Part shown: in pieces, positions 61,524 through 64,000 of the stretch | How positions within the stretch are numbered: the first letter of the stretch is position 1 | Layout of the letters: every line of letters starts with the position of its first letter | NCBI GenBank assembly: GCA_965219995.1 | Contig: CBDCOX010000002.1 | Span: 4,224,001-4,288,000 of the forward strand | Direction: 5' to 3' | DNA: 64,000 nucleotides | Source: Candidatus Latescibacterota bacterium | GTDB taxonomy: Bacteria > Latescibacterota > UBA2968 > GCA-2709665 | Translations under genes and position numbers: made by a program | The notes under the pieces: model-generated | What the model was told of the DNA's origin: nothing | What the model saw: only the letters and a program-made list of their open reading frames with translations | The model's database searches: none

Positions 61524-61960
61524 GGCTGCCTCCTTAATTGTGTCGCCGACACGGCGACGTGGTGATTGCTGCCGACAGGTGTTGGACTCCCACCGGTTTA
61601 CGGACGATATCCGGAGATCCCCGGCCGCGTGTACACCCGGACGTCCGCGTTTGACAGAGTGGACAATATCGGCACTTTTACGGGTGCGACTGCCAGGAAT
61701 TGGCTTCTTGCTCAGCCGTTACTCATATATTTGAATTATTGATGATATTTTCTGGCTTTTTGATGAATTATCGTTGAGTTTGTCTTTGAAATGGCAAAAA
61801 GATATTGTAATCGCAAGTTGCTTCAATGGTTTCGTGATGTCAATGATGAAGTTTTGTTCAAACGTCCTGAACTTGTCCCAGATTCCAATTTCCGCAATAT
61901 CACGTTGTCGATGGCAATCGCAGAACATGACATTCTGAGCGAAATCAATCGGTGCCGTCC

Positions 61961-62375
61961 GAAACGTGGTCATTGAGCTTGTCGAAATGCCAGTATTCCG
62001 TGACCCAGTCGAAACTCGCGCTTCCCTGGGCTGACCGTGTGAGCGCCAACGTGCCGCCTGTTCGGCTCGTGACAACTGCAATTCACGCACGTGTGAACCG
62101 ATGCCGCAGGAGATCCGTCGTCGGCCTGCCTGCCGATGATTCTATGGCAGGCAGGGCGCTTCCTCAGGATGACAGGTTTCGCACGCGTCGGCAGACAGGA
62201 ATGTCTGCCCCACCTTCACGTCTGTTTCCTGAGCATGTCAGGTTTCGCAAACGCGCGACTGAAACCTCTCGCCAATGGTCATCGCAAAGCATGTCATTCT
62301 GAGCGGAGCGAAGAATCTCCCGTCTTCCGGATCGTCCTGAACGAAAACGTGCGGTAGACACATATGCGCGGAGAC
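61961..62375 (+). repeat. Composite palindromic repeat, copy A (longest)
   Basis: Contains the left end seen in copy C (acgtggtcattg...gcttgtcgaaatgcc) and all modules of copy B. Confidence 0.85.
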
Positions 62376-62457
62376 GTCGGCTGAATGTGTGGGCTCCATG
62401 GGAAGGCACGAAGACGGGAGGGCCGGTGGGCCGGCTTTTCTACGTAAAACAGCGCAC

Positions 62458-64000
62458 TCAGTCATCGATGGTGAGGATGATGTTCCCCTGCTCATCACCT
62501 ACGTAGATCGGTCCGACGGAGGCGACTCCCACGTCGACCTCGCGGCTGGCGATTGGCTTTGCGCTCGCCGGAAGGGGCGATATGGAACCTATCGTGGCAG
62601 GCAGCCTGTACGGATCGGCCTGGTTGACGTCAATAACGTAGCCGAGGTCGGCGAGGGACTGGATCGTGATCGCACTGAGCGCATGTTCTTGCGCTGGATT
62701 CTCCTCCATTATCTCGGCCCCGAATAGGCGATCAAAGCCCCTGAACACATACGGATTCCAATGGCCGCCCGCACCACAGCCGCCTGAAAGGTGGCGAGAT
62801 TCCACGGGGACCTTGTTCCCAACGTAGGGCTCGCCGCCTGCGGTATTGAACGCCCGAACGGCCAGTTCGCCACTGAAGTATGCGTGTCCCGACGTTTCAT
62901 GGACCAGGCCGAACGCCTGCCAGAGCGTACCGAATCCCAGAACATGCGCTATTTCATGCAGCATCAGGTCGCGTCCCCAATTTTCCTCCTGCCGTATTGA
63001 CTCATAACCCACAAGATTGGCAGGGTGTTTCGTATCAATAAAGACTCTACCAAGTGCTGGCAGGCCGGTCGGGTTGCCTTGCCGCACATAGCTCGGTCCC
63101 GCCCGTCCTGCATATTCTCCGTCGTGGGATTTCAGGACAAAGATCCGCAGGTCGTCCACAATGTCCCCGATCTCCCTGGTGACGCGGCCGCCGTCGGCAA
63201 CGAAATCAAAGCCATTGGACGAGAAATCCACGTCCGGCAGGCCCTGTGTAATAATGGCCTCGAAGCGTCTGGCTGCCTGCTGCATCAGATCCTTGCGCGC
63301 GTCGGTGAAGTCGTCCACGAAAATGAGCTCGATATTGAAGGGGTCCGCCCCTGACGGGACAACACGGACATATGCCCCCGCGGAACAGTTGTTATCGGTA
63401 TCGGTCTCGCCAGGCACGCCATCGACGCACGCGCCGTAGTAGTAGGTGCCGGGACTGGATGGCGCATTCAAGGTGACTGCTTTCCTGCTTGCAGCGAAAG
63501 CGGCGCGGCGTCTTTCGGGTCCGAGGTTGGGTCCGAGGACCAGGCCGTCTATACCCGTTAAGCCACTTATCGTTCCGGTGGCGACCCGTGTGTCGGAGAC
63601 GTCGATGGTGGCATCGTCCGAGCGGTAGTAGCGCACCGTGGTCGCGGCAGCGGCCTCGGGCCCCTCGTTTCTCACTGTGGCCGTGAGCGTAAAGGACTGC
63701 CCCGCCAGCGGGTTGCTCGTACTGACCCAGGCCGGGCCGAAAACCAGATCCGGAACCCCGACGTTCAGGGACACGGCCTCCGAGCAATTGTTGTTCGTAT
63801 CTGTCTCGCCGGCGACGCGATCAACGCAAACGCCGTAGTAGTACGTCCCCGGACTCGCGGGCACATCCAGCCCACTCACGGCCGGGTAATTTCCGTCCGC
63901 GCCCAAGCGTCGAATGTTGTCGGTCGAGACTTGGGTGTCGGAGGCATCGATGACAGCGTCGTCCGAGCGGTAAATTCGCGCGACTGTCTCGTCAGCCGCA
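62458..64000 (-). CDS. C-terminal part of a paralog of 41734..44859 (CARDB domains + leishmanolysin-like peptidase); start lies outside the window
   Basis: Colinear with the last ~500 aa of 41734..44859, including HEIAHVLGFG, GHW, EIM and GPIYVGDEQGNIILTIDD. Confidence 0.85.
   Translation of the reverse strand, partial: AADETVARIYRSDDAVIDASDTQVSTDNIRRLGADGNYPAVSGLDVPASPGTYYYGVCVDRVAGETDTNNNCSEAVSLNVGVPDLVFGPAWVSTSNPLAGQSFTLTATVRNEGPEAAAATTVRYYRSDDATIDVSDTRVATGTISGLTGIDGLVLGPNLGPERRRAAFAASRKAVTLNAPSSPGTYYYGACVDGVPGETDTDNNCSAGAYVRVVPSGADPFNIELIFVDDFTDARKDLMQQAARRFEAIITQGLPDVDFSSNGFDFVADGGRVTREIGDIVDDLRIFVLKSHDGEYAGRAGPSYVRQGNPTGLPALGRVFIDTKHPANLVGYESIRQEENWGRDLMLHEIAHVLGFGTLWQAFGLVHETSGHAYFSGELAVRAFNTAGGEPYVGNKVPVESRHLSGGCGAGGHWNPYVFRGFDRLFGAEIMEENPAQEHALSAITIQSLADLGYVIDVNQADPYRLPATIGSISPLPASAKPIASREVDVGVASVGPIYVGDEQGNIILTIDD

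Noticed and set aside
57464-61565. Long plus-strand ORFs (254-479 aa) with repetitive sequence
   Set aside because: Antisense shadows of GC-rich repeat-protein genes; no motifs of their own.
34463-62375. Repeats as a CRISPR array
   Set aside because: No regular repeat-spacer periodicity and no cas genes; copies are dispersed and long.
42245-63045. Diversity-generating retroelement TR/VR pair
   Set aside because: Differences between the paralogs are not adenine-specific, both copies are coding, and no reverse transcriptase is present in the window.

Overview
GC-rich bacterial DNA with no rRNA, tRNA, CRISPR array or intact transposase visible. The gene content (FlgD/T9SS-type PNPFN C-terminal domains, EF-hand/dockerin modules, many eukaryote-like repeat proteins) suggests an FCB-group lineage such as Latescibacterota or Gemmatimonadota, possibly host-associated; this is inference only. 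The left part (1-21.5 kb) starts with a partial sppA and continues with mostly plus-strand small enzymes: M14 peptidase, transglutaminase-like, HAD, two GNATs, amidohydrolase, two methyltransferases, RidA, AAC(3)-family, S8 protease, dcd with three Nudix genes, racemase, APH and SDR. These are interspersed with intact and decayed toxin-antitoxin genes and REP-like palindromes. A sigma-54 activator and a hybrid histidine kinase lie at 21.8-26.4 kb. The right part (26.4-64 kb) is an almost entirely minus-strand cluster of large exported modular proteins built from LRR, Cache-like, WD40, YWTD, CARDB, cadherin and zinc-metalloprotease domains. Five complete proteins carry a dockerin-like double Ca-binding loop, three of them directly behind a cohesin-like domain, and a separate small gene encodes a cohesin plus a FlgD/CTD. 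This suggests a non-cellulolytic cohesin-dockerin surface complex, the main candidate novel system here. The cluster also holds a ~350-450 bp nested palindromic repeat in five copies, relics of shuffled modules, and a self-contained transcription unit for an 8-Cys peptide.
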